The notes beneath the pieces are model-generated. The model was not told the DNA's origin, searched no databases, and was given only the letters and a program-made list of their open reading frames with translations. Shown here in pieces: positions 18,323 through 29,221 of a stretch of DNA of 64,000 nt. Made by a program: the position numbers and the translations under genes. Source of the DNA: Ferrovibrio sp. (GTDB taxonomy: Bacteria; Pseudomonadota; Alphaproteobacteria; Ferrovibrionales; Ferrovibrionaceae); contig NZ_JANLJJ010000017.1 of assembly GCF_029255545.1 (NCBI RefSeq), positions 8,488 to 72,487 on the forward strand, in the 5' to 3' direction. Position 1 is the first letter of the stretch. Each line of letters starts with the position of its first letter.

Positions 18323-19033
18323 ATGCCTCTGACCGGGATAGACTTACTGGAATTTCCCCTTTTCCATGGCGTCGACGCGGAAGCCGTGGCGAGGCTGACG
18401 CGTGACTGCGTCGTGCGGACCTGCCAGAAGGGCGCCATCCTGGCCCAGCAGGATGCCGATGCGGAGCATGTTCATCTTGTCCTGGCCGGACGCGTATTGC
18501 TGCTGGCCGAATGCGAGGATGCCGACAGCACGGTGATCGCCGCTTTCGAGACGGGCGACGTTCTTGTGGCCGCTGCCGCCATCCTGCAGATGCCGTATCT
18601 GGTCACCGCCAGGGCCGCTGCATCCTCTCGGATCCTGGCTATTCCCGCCGAACGCTTCCGCCAGGCGCTGCAGACGGAACATGCCCTTGCGCTTGCCGTT
18701 CTTGCCATCCAGGCGGAGCACTGGCGCCTCCTGGTCGATCACGTTCGAGGCCTGAAGCTGCACAGCGGCGTGGAGCGGCTGGCGCGCTTCCTGGTGCAGA
18801 GCAGCCCAGTCGAGCACGGAACCGCGACATTCAAGCTGGAGCATGATCGCAAGACCATTGCCGCGCTGCTCGGCATAAGTCCGGAATTCGTCTCGCGCGG
18901 CCTGCAGCAATTGCGCCAGCATGGCGTGCGCGCCAGTGGCAGCGTGATTCACATCGACGACGTCGACCGGATCAGCCGCCTCTATCGTCCCATCCAGCGC
19001 GCGGACAGCCCTGAAAGGCTGGATCAGCCATAG
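18323..19033 (+). CDS. Crp/Fnr-family regulator (FtrB/NarR-like subtype, tentative)
   Basis: cNMP-like domain, GLKLHSGVERLARFL, C-terminal HTH IAALLGISPEFVSRGL; start uncertain. Confidence 0.85.
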   Translation: MPLTGIDLLEFPLFHGVDAEAVARLTRDCVVRTCQKGAILAQQDADAEHVHLVLAGRVLLLAECEDADSTVIAAFETGDVLVAAAAILQMPYLVTARAAASSRILAIPAERFRQALQTEHALALAVLAIQAEHWRLLVDHVRGLKLHSGVERLARFLVQSSPVEHGTATFKLEHDRKTIAALLGISPEFVSRGLQQLRQHGVRASGSVIHIDDVDRISRLYRPIQRADSPERLDQP

Positions 19034-19968
19034 GCCGTGCAGCTTTCGCACACTGTGCCGCGCACGTCGCGGGCCAGGTGGGCGCGCCGCAGGGCCTGGA
19101 ATTTCGGCGAATTCCACGCAGCCTCGAAACTCTCCTCCATCAGGTCGCCCATATGGAAGCGGCCATCGTGATCGAAACAGCATGCCGAGAGCTTGCCATC
19201 CCAGGTGACATGCCCCTCGGTGAAGATCGACCAGCAGGGCAGCGGATCGCGCATCGCCGCGGCGCGCCCACGGTTGCCGGCCACCGACGACCAGCCGCGC
19301 CCGGTTTCTTCATCACTGACCAGATCGGCCTGGCTGTAGAGCGGCAAGGCGTAGACCTCGTCGACATAGGGCCGGATTTCGTCCAGCGCGGCGTGCATGC
19401 GTGCCCGCTGTTCGCCGTCGTATTCGATATACGAGGCATAGAGGCCGCAGGCATAACCACCAGCCTCGCGCACGCGATGCGCGCCGATGATATGCTCCTT
19501 CATCTTGTCGAAATAGCTGCCCTTGACCCGGGTAACGCTGATGAACTGCTCGACATCGGCATAGTTGTAGGAGAATTTCAGCGAATCTAGCCCAGCCTTC
19601 ATGCAGGCTTCCACGCGCGCCGGCGTCGCCAGCGATCCGTTCGTGGTGAGGAAGACATAAGGATAGCCGCATTCCTGCTTGGCGAAGGCAATCGCCTCGT
19701 GCAGCCACGGGATCATGAAGGATTCGCCCAGATAGAACAGACCGATTTCCTCAACGCCAGCGGCGCGCATTTCGTGCAGCAGCCGCTCGAAGGTGCCGCG
19801 ATCCATGTCGCGCTGGTCGCGCAGCCGCATGCCACGGGCGCAAAAGGCGCAGTTGAAATTGCAGCGCGCCGTCAGCTCGATCTTGACCGAGCGGGGAACC
19901 GGCGCATAGGCCGCGGCGCGGGCAGGTTCGATATGCGTAATGGCGTCGATACGTTCTGTGATTGTCAT
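19024..19968 (-). CDS. Radical SAM protein with SPASM/twitch domain
   Basis: CNFNCAFC; TTNG; C-terminal PCW...DG..SACC.D...GDL...WNS...VCESC. Confidence 0.9.
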   Translation of the reverse strand: MTITERIDAITHIEPARAAAYAPVPRSVKIELTARCNFNCAFCARGMRLRDQRDMDRGTFERLLHEMRAAGVEEIGLFYLGESFMIPWLHEAIAFAKQECGYPYVFLTTNGSLATPARVEACMKAGLDSLKFSYNYADVEQFISVTRVKGSYFDKMKEHIIGAHRVREAGGYACGLYASYIEYDGEQRARMHAALDEIRPYVDEVYALPLYSQADLVSDEETGRGWSSVAGNRGRAAAMRDPLPCWSIFTEGHVTWDGKLSACCFDHDGRFHMGDLMEESFEAAWNSPKFQALRRAHLARDVRGTVCESCTAYG

Positions 19969-19998
19969 AGCGAGATTCTCTCGGCTGGTTGCGGGGGC

Positions 19999-21003
19999 TC
20001 AGGTTGAAATCGTCACGGTCTGACCTTCGGCAGTGATCAAATGGGCGCGACCGGCGCCCTGGCGGCGCAGGACTCCGCCAATCGCTTCGGGAGCCATGAG
20101 GGTAAAGGCGGTGGACAGCGCATCGGCTGCCATCGCGGTTGGCATGACCACCGAGACGCTGCGATAGCGCTGGGGCGAGTATCCGCTTTGCGGATTGAAG
20201 ATGTGATGGAAACGGCCTGCCGCATCGAAACGGAAACCATAACCGCCGGACGTGGCGAGCGCCGCGTCCGCCAGCGGAACGATCAGCTCGTCCCGGCCTG
20301 GCTCCAACGGATCGGCGATCATGGCCCGCCATGGTCGGCCATCGGGATGATGTCCCAGCGCACGACTTTCGCCCATATCCACCAAAGTATGCGCGATGCC
20401 GTGCCGGTGCAGTTGCTTGACCACCCGGTCGGTGACATAGCCTTGCGCGATGCCGTTCAGGCTGATCGCCATGCCGGGTCGCCGGAAGGCGATACGATCC
20501 CGGCTGACCAGCAGATGGTCCAGCCCAACAGCCTGCAATGCGGCGGCAATATCGGTAGCGGGCGGACCGCCTTGCGCGGCCTGCGGCTGGGCGAAGTGGC
20601 GGCTGTACAGCGCCCAGAGCGGCTGGATGGTTGGATCGAAGGCGCCATCGGTGAGCGCGGCATACTGCCGGCTGGCCTGCAGCAGATCGACCAGTTCGGG
20701 TGCGGGCGCAACCAGGCTGCCCTGGCGGTTCAACAGGCTGAGCGCGGAATCCGGCCGGTAGAGGCTGAGCACTGATTCCAGCCGGCGCATATCCTGCAAC
20801 ACCAGTCGCAGGGCCTGTTCGGCCACCGCGATATCATGGTGGTGAATCCGGATGCTGGCATTGGCGCCAAGCGCAATCCCCTGCCATTCGACCAGCCCGG
20901 CTTCCGCCCTTGCCGGTCCGGCCAGCGGCAGCAGGCCCAGACCCGCAGCCGCGGCCGAGATGCCAAGGAAACGCCGGCGGGTGAGGTTGCGATCAGTGGG
21001 CAT
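19999..21003 (-). CDS. nosX: FAD:protein FMN transferase (ApbE family)
   Basis: Tat signal LTRRRFLG; DGAFDPTI, LNGIAQGYVTD, ALATSG.YG, HHIFNP, ADALSTA; in the nos operon. Confidence 0.92.
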   Translation of the reverse strand: MPTDRNLTRRRFLGISAAAAGLGLLPLAGPARAEAGLVEWQGIALGANASIRIHHHDIAVAEQALRLVLQDMRRLESVLSLYRPDSALSLLNRQGSLVAPAPELVDLLQASRQYAALTDGAFDPTIQPLWALYSRHFAQPQAAQGGPPATDIAAALQAVGLDHLLVSRDRIAFRRPGMAISLNGIAQGYVTDRVVKQLHRHGIAHTLVDMGESRALGHHPDGRPWRAMIADPLEPGRDELIVPLADAALATSGGYGFRFDAAGRFHHIFNPQSGYSPQRYRSVSVVMPTAMAADALSTAFTLMAPEAIGGVLRRQGAGRAHLITAEGQTVTIST

Positions 21004-21568
21004 GGCCGGCCCGTCCCTCGGCGACCCGCTGCGGGGTGCCGGCACCATCCATATGGCTGCTGTCGCTGTCGCCACCGAGAATGTAGTCGCGCGGCACGTC
21101 GGCAAACCCGACGATGCGGCCGCCATGCTCGGCCACGAAACGCTCGGCTGCGGCGCGGTCGCCAAAAGGCACGGCCTCGTCGGCTCCCATGCCGCTGCGC
21201 ATCCGGCTGCCGATCACGAAGCTGGCCTGGCGCGCCTCGATCCAGTTCTCGATGCCCGGATTGTCCCAGCTTGCCGCCCGCGCCATGTCGGAGACGTAGA
21301 TGGCGCTGATAGTCTTCGCCTCCTCCGGCAGCATGGTATAGGCGAGGGTATCGCGCGCCGACGAGAACCAGACCGGCTCGGGCCAGCCGGCCAGCAGGAT
21401 ATGCCCCTTCGGACCGGGATGCTCCAGCACGTTCATGCCGCAGTAATTGCCGATGGCTTCGGCGGTCAGGGTGCGCGGCGGCGGCAGGTCCGATGTCCTG
21501 GCGTCATCCCTGCAGCCGGCCAGCAATGCGGCGGTCATGATGACAATGGTGCAGGCGAGGCGGTTCAT
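20993..21568 (-). CDS. nosL: Copper chaperone lipoprotein NosL
   Basis: Lipobox LAGC; YCGM....H.GPKG, FSSARD, MGA.E.VPF. Confidence 0.93.
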   Translation of the reverse strand: MNRLACTIVIMTAALLAGCRDDARTSDLPPPRTLTAEAIGNYCGMNVLEHPGPKGHILLAGWPEPVWFSSARDTLAYTMLPEEAKTISAIYVSDMARAASWDNPGIENWIEARQASFVIGSRMRSGMGADEAVPFGDRAAAERFVAEHGGRIVGFADVPRDYILGGDSDSSHMDGAGTPQRVAEGRAGHAH

Positions 21569-22395
21569 AATTCCCTCCGCGAGAAGATGGTGGTGGCGGC
21601 GGCCAGCGGCAGGAGAATCCAGACTGCCAGCATGCCCAGCAGTACAGGCGGCTGCAGGGTCTGGACTTCGGCGATGCCGGCCATGCCGGACAGGCTGCTG
21701 ACACCGGCCGAGCCGGCCAGGTTGAACATCCGGTAGGTGTCGGTGGGATTGAGCAGCAGCAGGACATTCAGCATGTCGGCCGACAGGGTGCGGCCCTGAT
21801 CGACCACCAGGAAGCCGAGGATCGCCATGTCGTAGAGCAGCACCAGCAGCAGCCAGATGCCGATGGCAATACCGCCCGCCGTGCCGCGATCCTGCACATG
21901 GGCACTGACCAGATAGCCGATGGCGACGAATACCGCGCCCAGCAGGATGGAAGATCCGATCAGTTGGGCAAAGGCCATCCAGCTGTCGGCCCCGATCGGC
22001 GTACCGGTGAGCGCCAGGGCCGCTGCCGTCGCGCCATAACCGAGAATGGTGGCAAAGGCCAGGATGGCGAGGTGGCCGCAGAATTTGCCCAGCAGCACTT
22101 GCCAGCGCGCCACCGGATAGCTGAGCAGCAGCAGCATGGTGCCGCGGTCGACTTCGCCGACGATGGCATCATATGAGATCAGCAGGGCAATCAGCGGCAG
22201 CAGGAAGATCGACAGGCTGGACAGGCTGACAATCACCACATCCAGCGCGCGCACGCCGACATTGCCGGTCGGCGCGCTGCCGAGGAAGCTCAGGGTCAGC
22301 GACAGGGCCAGCAGCAGCAGCGTAGTGGCCAAAACCCAGCGGTTGCGCAGGCCTTCCTGGATTTCCTTGATCGCAATGATGCACAGGCTTTTCAT
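21565..22395 (-). CDS. nosY: ABC transporter permease NosY
   Basis: KEIQEGLRNRW, YDAIVGEVDRGTMLLLLSYP, LLNPTD.YR. Confidence 0.93.
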   Translation of the reverse strand: MKSLCIIAIKEIQEGLRNRWVLATTLLLLALSLTLSFLGSAPTGNVGVRALDVVIVSLSSLSIFLLPLIALLISYDAIVGEVDRGTMLLLLSYPVARWQVLLGKFCGHLAILAFATILGYGATAAALALTGTPIGADSWMAFAQLIGSSILLGAVFVAIGYLVSAHVQDRGTAGGIAIGIWLLLVLLYDMAILGFLVVDQGRTLSADMLNVLLLLNPTDTYRMFNLAGSAGVSSLSGMAGIAEVQTLQPPVLLGMLAVWILLPLAAATTIFSRREL

Positions 22396-23312
22396 CGGGC
22401 ATCCCCTTGGCTGCGCAGGAAATGAGCGTAAAGCTCATCCAGCGTGGGCGGCACCACCTCTATATCCTCAAGCGCGTGATCGGCATGGATCGCCTGCCGC
22501 AGCAGGTCCATCTTCTGCTCGGGCAGGGCATCGAGTTCGATGACATGGCCATTGACCGGGTGCCAGGTGCCGGCACTCTCGAGCCAGCCGGGCATCTGCG
22601 CCGGGCGGCCGCCGGTCAGGTGCAGCCGGATCCGCGTCGGCAGCCGGGCGATACGGCGCAACGCATCGAGCGATCCGTTGGCCACCATCAGGCCGCGGTT
22701 CATGATGACAACCCGGTCGGTACGCTCTTCCAGTTCGGTCAGCGCATGCGACGACAGAACCACGGTGGCGCCGCGATCGCGCAGCTCCTGCACGATCTCG
22801 TAGAAACTCTGGCGCAGGGCCGGATCGAGGCCGGTGGTGGGTTCATCAAGCAGCAGCAAAGCCGGCGCGCCGATCAGCGCCTGGGCCAGCCCGAGACGCT
22901 GGCGCATGCCCTTGGAATAGGTGCCGACCCGCCGGCCGGCGGCAGCGGCCAGACCGACGCGGTCCAGCAACGCCATGGCCTGGGCCGGCGCTTCGCCTTT
23001 CAGGCGGGCGTAGAAGGCCAGCAATTCGCGGCCGGTGAGGGCTGCGTTGAACGACACATTTTCGGGCAGGTAACCCAGGCGGCGGCGGGCGGCGAATTCG
23101 CCGGCGGCCGGATGCTCACCCAGTATCTTCACCATGCCTTCGCTGGGATGGATCAGGCCCAGCATCAGCTTGATCAACGTGGTCTTGCCAGCACCGTTAT
23201 GGCCGACCAGGGCCACGGTTTCACCCGCCGGCAGGGAGAAAGAAACGCTGCGCACCGCCTCAATGCGACCGTAGCGCTTGCTGACATTGTCGATTTCAAC
23301 GGTGTTGTTCAT
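22392..23312 (-). CDS. nosF: ABC transporter ATPase NosF
   Basis: GHNGAGKTT, YSKGMRQR, LLLDEPTTGLDP. Confidence 0.93.
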   Translation of the reverse strand: MNNTVEIDNVSKRYGRIEAVRSVSFSLPAGETVALVGHNGAGKTTLIKLMLGLIHPSEGMVKILGEHPAAGEFAARRRLGYLPENVSFNAALTGRELLAFYARLKGEAPAQAMALLDRVGLAAAAGRRVGTYSKGMRQRLGLAQALIGAPALLLLDEPTTGLDPALRQSFYEIVQELRDRGATVVLSSHALTELEERTDRVVIMNRGLMVANGSLDALRRIARLPTRIRLHLTGGRPAQMPGWLESAGTWHPVNGHVIELDALPEQKMDLLRQAIHADHALEDIEVVPPTLDELYAHFLRSQGDAR

Positions 23313-24694
23313 TCTGTTATCCGATCTGCCCTGGCGGCCTGCGCCGGCGGCGTCATCAGCGGTGCGCTGTCAACCACGCCGCCCGGCAGCAGGGCAGGAA
23401 ACTGCGCCTGGGCCCAGCGGATCACCTGCACGGCCGGGCTGTTGACCAGCAGCTTGGCCTGCGGCGCCGTCCACAGTACCTTGTCGACCAGGTCGTTCGG
23501 GCGATAGGCGGCATCGCCGATGCCGTCGCCGTTCAGGTCAAAGGCAGGATTGTCGCTCCAGTAGTTGCCGCGCCCGCCCTTCGACCAGTCGAGATAACGG
23601 GTGCCGACATACTTCACCTGGTTGCGGTTGCGGATGAAGGCATTGCCGCTCATCTCGTTGCCTTCCGAACCGGCGGTGAAATGGATGCCGATCTCGCAGC
23701 CTTCGAAACGGTTGTCGCGGAACCGGTTCTGGTTGGCGTTGTAGATGAAGACGCATTTCTCCGGTCCAAGCCGCATGCCGGCGATGCTGCCCGAGGCCAG
23801 TTCGCTGGCCGGCACGCCATGCTCGCCACCCTGGCTGCGGCTTCCGGCACCCAGCCAGCGCTCGGCCGGCTGGAGGCGGCCATAGACGGCATTGCCTGTG
23901 ATGCGCGAACCGTTGGCGTAGTTGAACAGGAAGCCATGATCGCGGTCACCGTTGGAGACGTTGCTCTCCACGACCAGACGGTGCGAATACATCACGGCGA
24001 AACCAACCGCGTTGCCGGTCGAGACGTTGCCGCTGATCTCGCTGTCGTTGGTATACATGTAGTGGATGGCGAAACGCAGATCGCGGAAGTGGTTGCCGCT
24101 GAACCGGTTGCGCTTGCTCGCCGCAACAAAAATGCCGTCACGCCCGAAGCTGATAGCGTTATCCAGCACCTGTGCGCCAGGCGCATTCCAGACCGAGATG
24201 CCGTTGCCGGCTTCGTTCCGCCGGCCTTCGCTGATGCCGGTGATGAGATTGCCACGTGCTACGGAATCTTCTGCGCCATGCAGATAGATGCCGTACAGGT
24301 TGCCTTCGACCCGGTTGCCCTCCACCACCGCGCCGGTGGCGGTCTTGGCAACAAAAACCCCTGAATCGAGCGTTTCGAGATTGGTTCCCGAGCCGCGTAT
24401 CGTAAGGCCACGCACCACGGCGCCGGGTGCCAGAACCGTGATGGTGCTGCCCTGGCCCCGGCCGGTCACGGTGGCTCCCGGCTCGCCCTGCAGGGTCAGG
24501 CGGCGGTCGATCCGTACCGGCCCGCGATAGTCGCCGGCCGGCAGGATCACCACATCGCCTTCCGCCGCCCGCTCGAGCACCGCCTGCAAGGCCGTACCCG
24601 GCGGCACGCGCAGTTCGGTCGCCCGGACGGACAGGACGGAGCCGGCGGCGAAGGTCGCCGCCAGCCCCATGCCTATGACGGAAAACACCCGCAT
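23309..24694 (-). CDS. nosD: N2O reductase maturation protein NosD
   Basis: Beta-helix repeats; RDLRFAIHYMY, EKCVFIYNAN, GNYWSD; GAGG RBS before ATG 24694. Confidence 0.93.
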   Translation of the reverse strand: MRVFSVIGMGLAATFAAGSVLSVRATELRVPPGTALQAVLERAAEGDVVILPAGDYRGPVRIDRRLTLQGEPGATVTGRGQGSTITVLAPGAVVRGLTIRGSGTNLETLDSGVFVAKTATGAVVEGNRVEGNLYGIYLHGAEDSVARGNLITGISEGRRNEAGNGISVWNAPGAQVLDNAISFGRDGIFVAASKRNRFSGNHFRDLRFAIHYMYTNDSEISGNVSTGNAVGFAVMYSHRLVVESNVSNGDRDHGFLFNYANGSRITGNAVYGRLQPAERWLGAGSRSQGGEHGVPASELASGSIAGMRLGPEKCVFIYNANQNRFRDNRFEGCEIGIHFTAGSEGNEMSGNAFIRNRNQVKYVGTRYLDWSKGGRGNYWSDNPAFDLNGDGIGDAAYRPNDLVDKVLWTAPQAKLLVNSPAVQVIRWAQAQFPALLPGGVVDSAPLMTPPAQAARADRITE

Positions 24695-24701
24695 CCCGTC
24701 C

Positions 24702-26648
24702 TCAGGCGTTCCGCGGTTCCACCAGCATCCGGCCCTGCATTTCCATGTGCATGGCATGGCAGAACCAGCTGCAATAGTACCAGTAGACGCCCGCCCGGTC
24801 GGCCGTGAAGGTGACCGAGGAGGTCTGCTGCGGACCGATCTCGAAGTTGATGCCATAGTTGTTCAGGCAGAAGCCGTGGGTGAGGTCTTCCACGTCGTCG
24901 ATATTGGTGATGTAGATGGTAACCTCATCGCCCTGCTTGACAGTGAACTTCTCCAGGCCGAAAGCCGGCGCCGCCGAGGTCATGTAGACGCGCACCTTGT
25001 TGCCCGCCCGTATTACCTTGGAATCCGTCTCCAGCTCGACGCCATCGGCCTTGGCCTGCTTCACCGCATCGGCGAAGAACGGGTCGTCGCGCTTCCAGAC
25101 ATGCAGGGGGTTGATCTTTGAGCGGTGCACGATGGTGGCGTCATGCGGCTCGGCAAAGCTCGGGCTGTCATGCACCAGCACCATCCTGTCGCCGGAGATG
25201 TCGATCAGCTGATCGTTCTCGGGCTTCAGCGGACCAACATTGAGATAACGGTCCTTCGAGAACTTGTTCAGCGAGATCAGCCATTTGCCATCGGCATCCT
25301 TGGTCTGGCCCATGGAGGTGTGGTTGTGGCCCGGCTGGTAATGCACATCCAGCTTCTGGATCACCGGGTTGACCTTCTCGCCCTTGAAGGCCCGCTTGGC
25401 CGCGTCGATGTTCCATTTCACGATCTGGCTGTCGAGGAACAGCGTGGTATAGGCATTGCCCTTGCCGTCATAGGCGGTATGGAGCGGGCCGAGACCCAGT
25501 TCCGGTTCAGCCACCACCACTTCGCGCGGCTTGATCTTGTCGTCGAACAGGTCGGGCAGCCTGCGGGCATCGAACACCGTGACGGTCGGCGACAGCTTGC
25601 CGTTGGCGACGAAATGAATGCCGTCCGGCGCCGTGTTGATGCCATGCGGGCTGTTGCCTACCGGGATATAACGCGTATACGGAGAGCCCTTGCGACCATC
25701 CAGCACTGGCACGCCACCGATCATCTTGGCCTTGCCCTGTTTCACGGCATCCTCGATACGCTTGATATCGAAGACGACGACCCAGTCCTGCTCGTTGGCC
25801 ATGGTCTCGGCGAGCGTGACGCCCTCTTCCGAGTTGTAGCAGGTTGACCAGGCATATTTGCCCTGGTAGTCGGCATCCACGTTGTCGAGGTTGCCGCTGA
25901 CCTGAATCTGCCAGGCGATCTTCATGGTCTCGCCGTCGATGGCGGTGAACGACGAGACATATTTCGTCGGGTCGTCCAGCACCTTGCCGTCATTGGGCAC
26001 GGGCACGCGGTCTTCGCCATTGCAGAAGACATAGCCGGTCTTGGGGTATTTCTGCACGCGCAGGCCATGCACCGTGGCCTGGTTCGGGATCTGCACGATC
26101 TTGTCGCATTTCATGATGTCGAGCCGGATGCGGCAGATCCGGGTGTTCGACTTGTCGTTGGCGTAGAGATAACGCCCGTCATAAGTGCCGTTCGTGAAAG
26201 AGGGGTGCGGATGGTGCAGGTCACCATTCATATAGGTGCCGCCGCGGGTCTTGAGGAATTCCCTGCTTTCCGGCGTCAGGCCCTCAGTCAGGATCTTGAG
26301 GCTTTCATTCGTCTGGCCCCAACCCGTGGCGCTGTCGCGGTTGAATACCGGCACGCGCATCAGCTCGCGCATCGACGGCAGGCCGACGATGCGGACCTCG
26401 CCGGTCTGACCGCTGGAGAAGAAGACATAATATTCGTCCAGTTCGCCGGGCTTGACTTCATACTTGCCGCCCGTGGTCGGCCTGCCGGCCTGGCGCGGCT
26501 GCGCCTCGGCCGAACTGACCGTCCCATCACGGCCCGTCACCAGCCCGCCTGCCAGGCCGGTGGCGCCGGCCGCGGCCACGGCGGCCGTCGTGCCGAGCAC
26601 ATGGCGCCTGCTCAAGCCCTTCCTGTTGTTGTCGTCTTCCTTGGTCAT
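24702..26648 (-). CDS. nosZ: Nitrous-oxide reductase, clade I (Tat-exported)
   Basis: SRRHVLG Tat motif; CuZ His motifs [21 protein letters not shown]; CuA HGF...[12 protein letters not shown]. Confidence 0.98.
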   Translation of the reverse strand: MTKEDDNNRKGLSRRHVLGTTAAVAAAGATGLAGGLVTGRDGTVSSAEAQPRQAGRPTTGGKYEVKPGELDEYYVFFSSGQTGEVRIVGLPSMRELMRVPVFNRDSATGWGQTNESLKILTEGLTPESREFLKTRGGTYMNGDLHHPHPSFTNGTYDGRYLYANDKSNTRICRIRLDIMKCDKIVQIPNQATVHGLRVQKYPKTGYVFCNGEDRVPVPNDGKVLDDPTKYVSSFTAIDGETMKIAWQIQVSGNLDNVDADYQGKYAWSTCYNSEEGVTLAETMANEQDWVVVFDIKRIEDAVKQGKAKMIGGVPVLDGRKGSPYTRYIPVGNSPHGINTAPDGIHFVANGKLSPTVTVFDARRLPDLFDDKIKPREVVVAEPELGLGPLHTAYDGKGNAYTTLFLDSQIVKWNIDAAKRAFKGEKVNPVIQKLDVHYQPGHNHTSMGQTKDADGKWLISLNKFSKDRYLNVGPLKPENDQLIDISGDRMVLVHDSPSFAEPHDATIVHRSKINPLHVWKRDDPFFADAVKQAKADGVELETDSKVIRAGNKVRVYMTSAAPAFGLEKFTVKQGDEVTIYITNIDDVEDLTHGFCLNNYGINFEIGPQQTSSVTFTADRAGVYWYYCSWFCHAMHMEMQGRMLVEPRNA

Positions 26649-26670
26649 GATGGTCTCCTTCGCGTTGAAT

Positions 26671-29013
26671 TTAATTTGCGGGAACAGCCGGTTCGGCCGG
26701 CTTGCGGTTACGATCGGCATAGGCGGCTTTCGGCCCGCCGGCTTTCGTCAGGGGCGCGGCCAGCGCGTCGTAGCGTTCGCGCTTCAGTCGGATCTGGATC
26801 ATGTGCGGGCAGCGGTGATCGTCGTGATACAGCTCCTGGCAATGCATGCAGTAGATGCATTCATTGACGTTGATGTGGCCTTCGGGATGGATCGACTGCA
26901 CCGGGCATTCCTTGGCGCAGCGCTGGCAGGGCGAGCCACATTCCGGCCAGCGTTTCAGCCATTCGAACATGCGGATGCGGCCGGGAATGGCCAGAGCCGC
27001 GCCCAGCGGGCAGAGGTAGCGGCAGAAAAACCGCTCGATGAACAGCCCGGCCGAGAGCAGCGTCAGGGCATAGATGACGAACGGCCAGTCGCGGCTGAAT
27101 TTCAGGATGATCGAGGTCTTGAACGGCTCGACCTCGGCGAATACCTCAGCCAGCGCCACTGAATAGAAGGACAGGCCGAACAGGCCGAGGAAGATGATAT
27201 ATTTGATCGGCCAGAGCCTCTCATGCAGGGCCCAGGGTACCTTGATTTGTGGCACCTTCAGCCACTGCGCCAGATTGTTCAGCAACTCCTGCAACGCGCC
27301 AAACGGGCAGAGCCAGCCGCAGAATGGGCCGCGGCCCCAGAATAGCAGGGCGGCGGCAATCGCAGCCCAGAGGATGAAGATCAGCGGTGCGGCCAGGAAG
27401 AATTCCCAGTTGAAGCCCGTGATCAACGCATTGGTGAAGGTGACGATATTCACCACCGAAAGCTGGGCATTGGCATACCAGCCGAGCCAGACCAGCGTGA
27501 ACAGCAGGAAGCTGCGCCGGATCCAGGCATACATCCGCGGCCGCCGTACCAGGGTGTCCTGGAAGAAGAAAATCGCGGTGAGGACCAGCAGGCCGGTCAC
27601 GGTGACGCCGATCTCGAAGACATTGGCCCACCAGATACGCTGCCACAGCGGCTGGTCGAGTGATCCGTCGAGTGAATCCGGCGCGCCGGCCAGCTGCGTG
27701 GTGGTGGCTGGGGCGGCGGTGGCCGGTGTGGCTGCAGTCGGCGCGCTTGCCGCGATCGGCCGCAGGTATTTCTCCGGCAGGCTGTAGTCCAGGTCAAAGG
27801 TAATGAATGCCTTGTCGCGCGCTCCGACATTGCGTTGAACCAGCAACTGCAACTGCCAGGGCTGGGTCAGGTCGAGGCGGAAATCATCGGGCATGACGAA
27901 CAGTGCGATCTCGCGAAGCTCGGGCGAACCGGCCGCCTCCAGCGCGCCCAGCCGCGTATGGTTGCGATCGCGGAAACGTGTGCTGCCGCCATCCTGCAGC
28001 AATTCGATGCGGTCGAAGATGCCACCGCGCACATAACCCGATCCCTTGAAGGAATAGGCGCCGTCCCCGGCCACCACGATGGCCTGCTGGCCCGGCTTCA
28101 GGCGCTCGCGCAGGCGGGCATAGACCTCCTCGCTCAGCAGGCTGCGGCCGATGGCCGGCACCGAGACGGGCGCGACGAACATTTCGATGAAGCTGTCGTC
28201 GGCCTGGCCGGTTTCCGCGTTGCGCGATGCTTCGGCATTGCCGGCGCGAGCAAAAGCCTGATTCACATCGCCGATGCTCAGGCTTAAGCGCCGGACCGAG
28301 CCATCACCCACCAGATCATCCCAGCCGAGGATTTCGTTGCGCTCTGGATCAACCTCCCGGACCTGGACCGGCGTCGCCGCCAAGGTTCCTGGCGCCACGC
28401 CGCCAAGCCGGCTGCTGCGGACCAGGCGCACCGCCGAGCGGATCACGCTATCGGCCATGACCAGAACGGTGACCGTGGCACCGCTGACGATATCGACCTG
28501 CGGCGGCCGTTCGGCGCCCCTGGCGATGGCGCCGATGTTACGGCCGATAAGGCTGTTCATCGTCGCCACGACCTTGGCCTCGGGAATGCCGATCAGCACG
28601 ATCGGCTCCTTGTGATCGACCAGGCGGATACCGGTTATGGTCCCCTTCGGATCGATACCGGTCAGCATGTGGATCGGCTTGCCGGAATACCCCACCGCAT
28701 TGGTGAAGTCGGCATTGAGGTAGACATAGCCGAGCAGCGTGTCGCCCTGGTAGGCCGGCACGATGGGCGGAGCGCCCAGTGCCGGACCGAAGCGATCCGC
28801 TCCGGGAACCAGTTCGGACGGCTGAGCTTTGGGCAGGAATTCCGCCAGCCGCGAGTCCGCCATGGCTGGCATGGCGCCCAGCAGAAAGATGACCAGCGCG
28901 GCGATGCGCCACGTCAGAGAATAAATGCGCCCAAGCCGCAGTTTTTCCCTCCCCCGCTGGAGGGCGGAGAATTCAGATTGTTCCCAAGCTAAAAACGGGG
29001 GGGAGAGACGCAT
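26671..29013 (-). CDS. nosR: NosR FMN/Fe-S membrane protein
   Basis: FMN-attachment DIVSGATVT; [19 protein letters not shown], CxxxCxxCxxxCP and CxxCxxC motifs; start uncertain. Confidence 0.95.
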   Translation of the reverse strand: MRLSPPFLAWEQSEFSALQRGREKLRLGRIYSLTWRIAALVIFLLGAMPAMADSRLAEFLPKAQPSELVPGADRFGPALGAPPIVPAYQGDTLLGYVYLNADFTNAVGYSGKPIHMLTGIDPKGTITGIRLVDHKEPIVLIGIPEAKVVATMNSLIGRNIGAIARGAERPPQVDIVSGATVTVLVMADSVIRSAVRLVRSSRLGGVAPGTLAATPVQVREVDPERNEILGWDDLVGDGSVRRLSLSIGDVNQAFARAGNAEASRNAETGQADDSFIEMFVAPVSVPAIGRSLLSEEVYARLRERLKPGQQAIVVAGDGAYSFKGSGYVRGGIFDRIELLQDGGSTRFRDRNHTRLGALEAAGSPELREIALFVMPDDFRLDLTQPWQLQLLVQRNVGARDKAFITFDLDYSLPEKYLRPIAASAPTAATPATAAPATTTQLAGAPDSLDGSLDQPLWQRIWWANVFEIGVTVTGLLVLTAIFFFQDTLVRRPRMYAWIRRSFLLFTLVWLGWYANAQLSVVNIVTFTNALITGFNWEFFLAAPLIFILWAAIAAALLFWGRGPFCGWLCPFGALQELLNNLAQWLKVPQIKVPWALHERLWPIKYIIFLGLFGLSFYSVALAEVFAEVEPFKTSIILKFSRDWPFVIYALTLLSAGLFIERFFCRYLCPLGAALAIPGRIRMFEWLKRWPECGSPCQRCAKECPVQSIHPEGHINVNECIYCMHCQELYHDDHRCPHMIQIRLKRERYDALAAPLTKAGGPKAAYADRNRKPAEPAVPAN

Positions 29014-29143
29014 GTTCCCTTTCGGTGGCCGGCTGCGGGGAGGTCGAGAACGGCCTTGCGTCTAGGCTATAAAAATCGAGGCCCTGGTATTCGTTGTGCT
29101 ATGTCAAATATTTCTCCGTCTTCAGAGAAATCCCCCGTCTTTC

Positions 29144-29157
29144 TTGACTAATGTCAA
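29144..29157. promoter_or_regulatory. FNR/DNR-type box between nosR and the rubrerythrin-like gene
   Basis: TCTTGAC-TAAT-GTCAAGA perfect inverted repeat (TTGAC-N4-GTCAA). Confidence 0.8.
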
Positions 29158-29221
29158 GATTTGACCAGCCCCGCAGAAGCGGGGAGACTCCTGTGGCATC
29201 ACGACAGCCAGGAGATGCGGG

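Noticed and set aside
26649-26720. N-terminal extensions given by the ORF track (nosZ here; also nosD, nosX, nnrR, fcl and several GTs)
   Set aside because: They overlap upstream genes; downstream ATGs give proper RBS spacing and signal peptides.
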